DNA of 32,936 nt from Stramenopiles sp. TOSAG23-2 (Eukaryota): NCBI GenBank assembly GCA_900128395.1, contig LT649360.1:1-32936 (forward strand), given 5' to 3'. This document shows, piece by piece, positions 31,558-32,936 of this stretch. Made by a program: the position numbers and the translations under genes. The stretch's first letter is position 1. Every line of letters begins with the position of its first letter. The notes beneath the pieces were generated by a model, which saw only the letters and a list, made by a program, of their open reading frames with translations, was not told the origin of the DNA and ran no database searches.

Positions 31558-32145
31558 TCATTTTCTCAACACAAATCCTCTATCTTTCGGTTTCTCATCC
31601 CATGCTATTTCACCAGTCTCGCTATGTTCAAAATAAATACGATCGGTATATTCATCAAAATGTTCAACCCATTTAGCAGCTTCTAATTCTTGTAAATAAA
31701 CTTGTGCCTCTGCAGCTTCTTTTTTCAATTTATCTTCCTTCTCTTTGCGTTTCGCATTTGCAATTCTGCGAGCTCGGCGTCCTTTGGATGCATGCTTCCA
31801 TTTTCTAAATACTTCTTTTTTTGCTGCACCAAGCCAACGTTTCATAACACGTCTCATCACTGCAAATTCTTCTTCTATTTTTTCTCTAACTTCATCTAAT
31901 TGTTCTTGAATATATTCTTCTATAACAGTTAATTTGCAATCTTTCTTCAGTTCTGACCAAGACATACGTTCATAACGAACTAATTTTTGTTCCTCCTCTA
32001 CGGCTTCTTCTGTTTCATTTTCATAATTTTCAACTTCTTTTTCTGTCAAACGTTCCTCCCGTTCTGCCTCTTCTTCTTCATCCTCTCGATCTAAATCTTC
32101 TAACTCTTGAATATCATCCTCATCCAACGTTTCATGTTCAATTGC
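31558..32145 (-). CDS. C-terminal fragment of an acidic/coiled-coil protein with a WW domain (5' end missing)
   Basis: KWVEHFDEYTDRIYFEHSETGEIAWDEKP; no ATG at the 5' end; abuts the RGS fragment on the opposite strand. Confidence 0.65.
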   Translation of the reverse strand, partial: AIEHETLDEDDIQELEDLDREDEEEEAEREERLTEKEVENYENETEEAVEEEQKLVRYERMSWSELKKDCKLTVIEEYIQEQLDEVREKIEEEFAVMRRVMKRWLGAAKKEVFRKWKHASKGRRARRIANAKRKEKEDKLKKEAAEAQVYLQELEAAKWVEHFDEYTDRIYFEHSETGEIAWDEKPKDRGFVLRK

Positions 32146-32150
32146 ATATT

Positions 32151-32921
32151 CCGGCAATATATAATGAATTTATCGCTGCAAATTCTCCCACAGAAATTTG
32201 TTTATCATCCAAAACACGGGAAACAGTAGAGGAAGGATTGAAAAAAATACCACCTGTGAATACCGTGTTTGATGCTGCGTTAGAAGAAGTATATGGTACA
32301 TTGCAACGAGATTTATATTTACGATTTAAAGCAAGTGATGATTTGAAAATATTAAAACAATTATTAGCTATGAAACGTACAGCGGATGACATCGTATCTC
32401 ATTTTCATCGGATTGGTGTGATGCCAGATAGTCTTTGGACCAATCCAAATTTTAAAATAGCCAATATAAATTTTAAAGAGATACCATTGGAAACTGTTTT
32501 AAGCGATAAATATATGGTTCGAGTGTTTACAACATTTTTAACTAAATCTCACGCAGCAGAAAATGTCATGCTTGTATTAAGTGTGAAAGGGTTTTAAAAA
32601 TTATTTAAAGAAAAAGATGAAATAACCAGGGAAATTGCTTGGTTGATTTACGTTGCATTTATCTTGGAAGGTTCAGAATATCAAGTATCGACGGATAAAT
32701 TTGAAAGGCAAAAAATAGCTTTTCAACTTGGTAAACCAAAAATAGATATGTTCGATAAGGTTCATGATGCATGTTATATTTTGCAACAAGCGCAATATAC
32801 TACATTTAAAACATCGGATGATTTCAAAACGTTAGAAAAAGTACTAATCGATGCAAAAAAATTAAAGGACAATGGAAGAGAAAGTCCTTCCCCACGCAGT
32901 TCAACATGTGTTGCTTTTTGA
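32151..32921 (+). CDS. Tandem RGS-domain protein fragment with a CaaX end; 5' end missing, one in-frame TAA at 32595
   Basis: AIYNEFIAANSPTEICLS...FDAALEEVYGTLQRDLYLRFKAS and LETVL...FTTFLTKSHAAENVML...IYVAFILEGSEYQV...FDKV...YTTFKTS; both ORF-track pieces are in the same frame; ends CVAF. Confidence 0.75.
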
Positions 32922-32936
32922 TTTTTTAAAATTTTT

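Noticed and set aside
32595-32597. Alternative genetic code (TAA read as sense)
   Set aside because: Long conserved ORFs have no internal TAA/TAG, and several genes terminate at TAA at their expected C-termini.

Overview
AT-rich, gene-dense, apparently intron-free eukaryotic (protist-like) DNA using the standard code, with many Asn/Asp homopolymer tracts. The taxon cannot be determined from the sequence alone. Recognisable genes: an Air1/2-like CCHC zinc-knuckle protein, a secreted 2OG-Fe(II) oxygenase, a degenerate metallo-beta-lactamase-fold protein, a His-rich CDF zinc transporter, an AGC kinase, a coiled-coil/WW protein, a PH-CaaX protein, an F-box-like/ankyrin protein, a papain-like peptidase, a SAP-U-box-ankyrin-LRR protein, UTP10/HEATR1, a WW-protein fragment and a tandem RGS-CaaX fragment. 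The window contains about nine exact 79-246 bp tandem duplications and several abrupt gene-fragment junctions, most simply explained as assembly or amplification artefacts. Most interesting signals: (1) a U-box E3 whose 78-bp LRR units are near-identical in DNA except at hypervariable surface codons; (2) a ~340 bp dispersed 'upstream region + ATG' cassette in three diverged copies, two of them inverted around MYND and RCC1 fragments; (3) TACGA/TCGTA palindromes concentrated between convergent genes; (4) a decayed island with a 437-bp direct repeat and HNH-like and GIY-YIG-like remnants.
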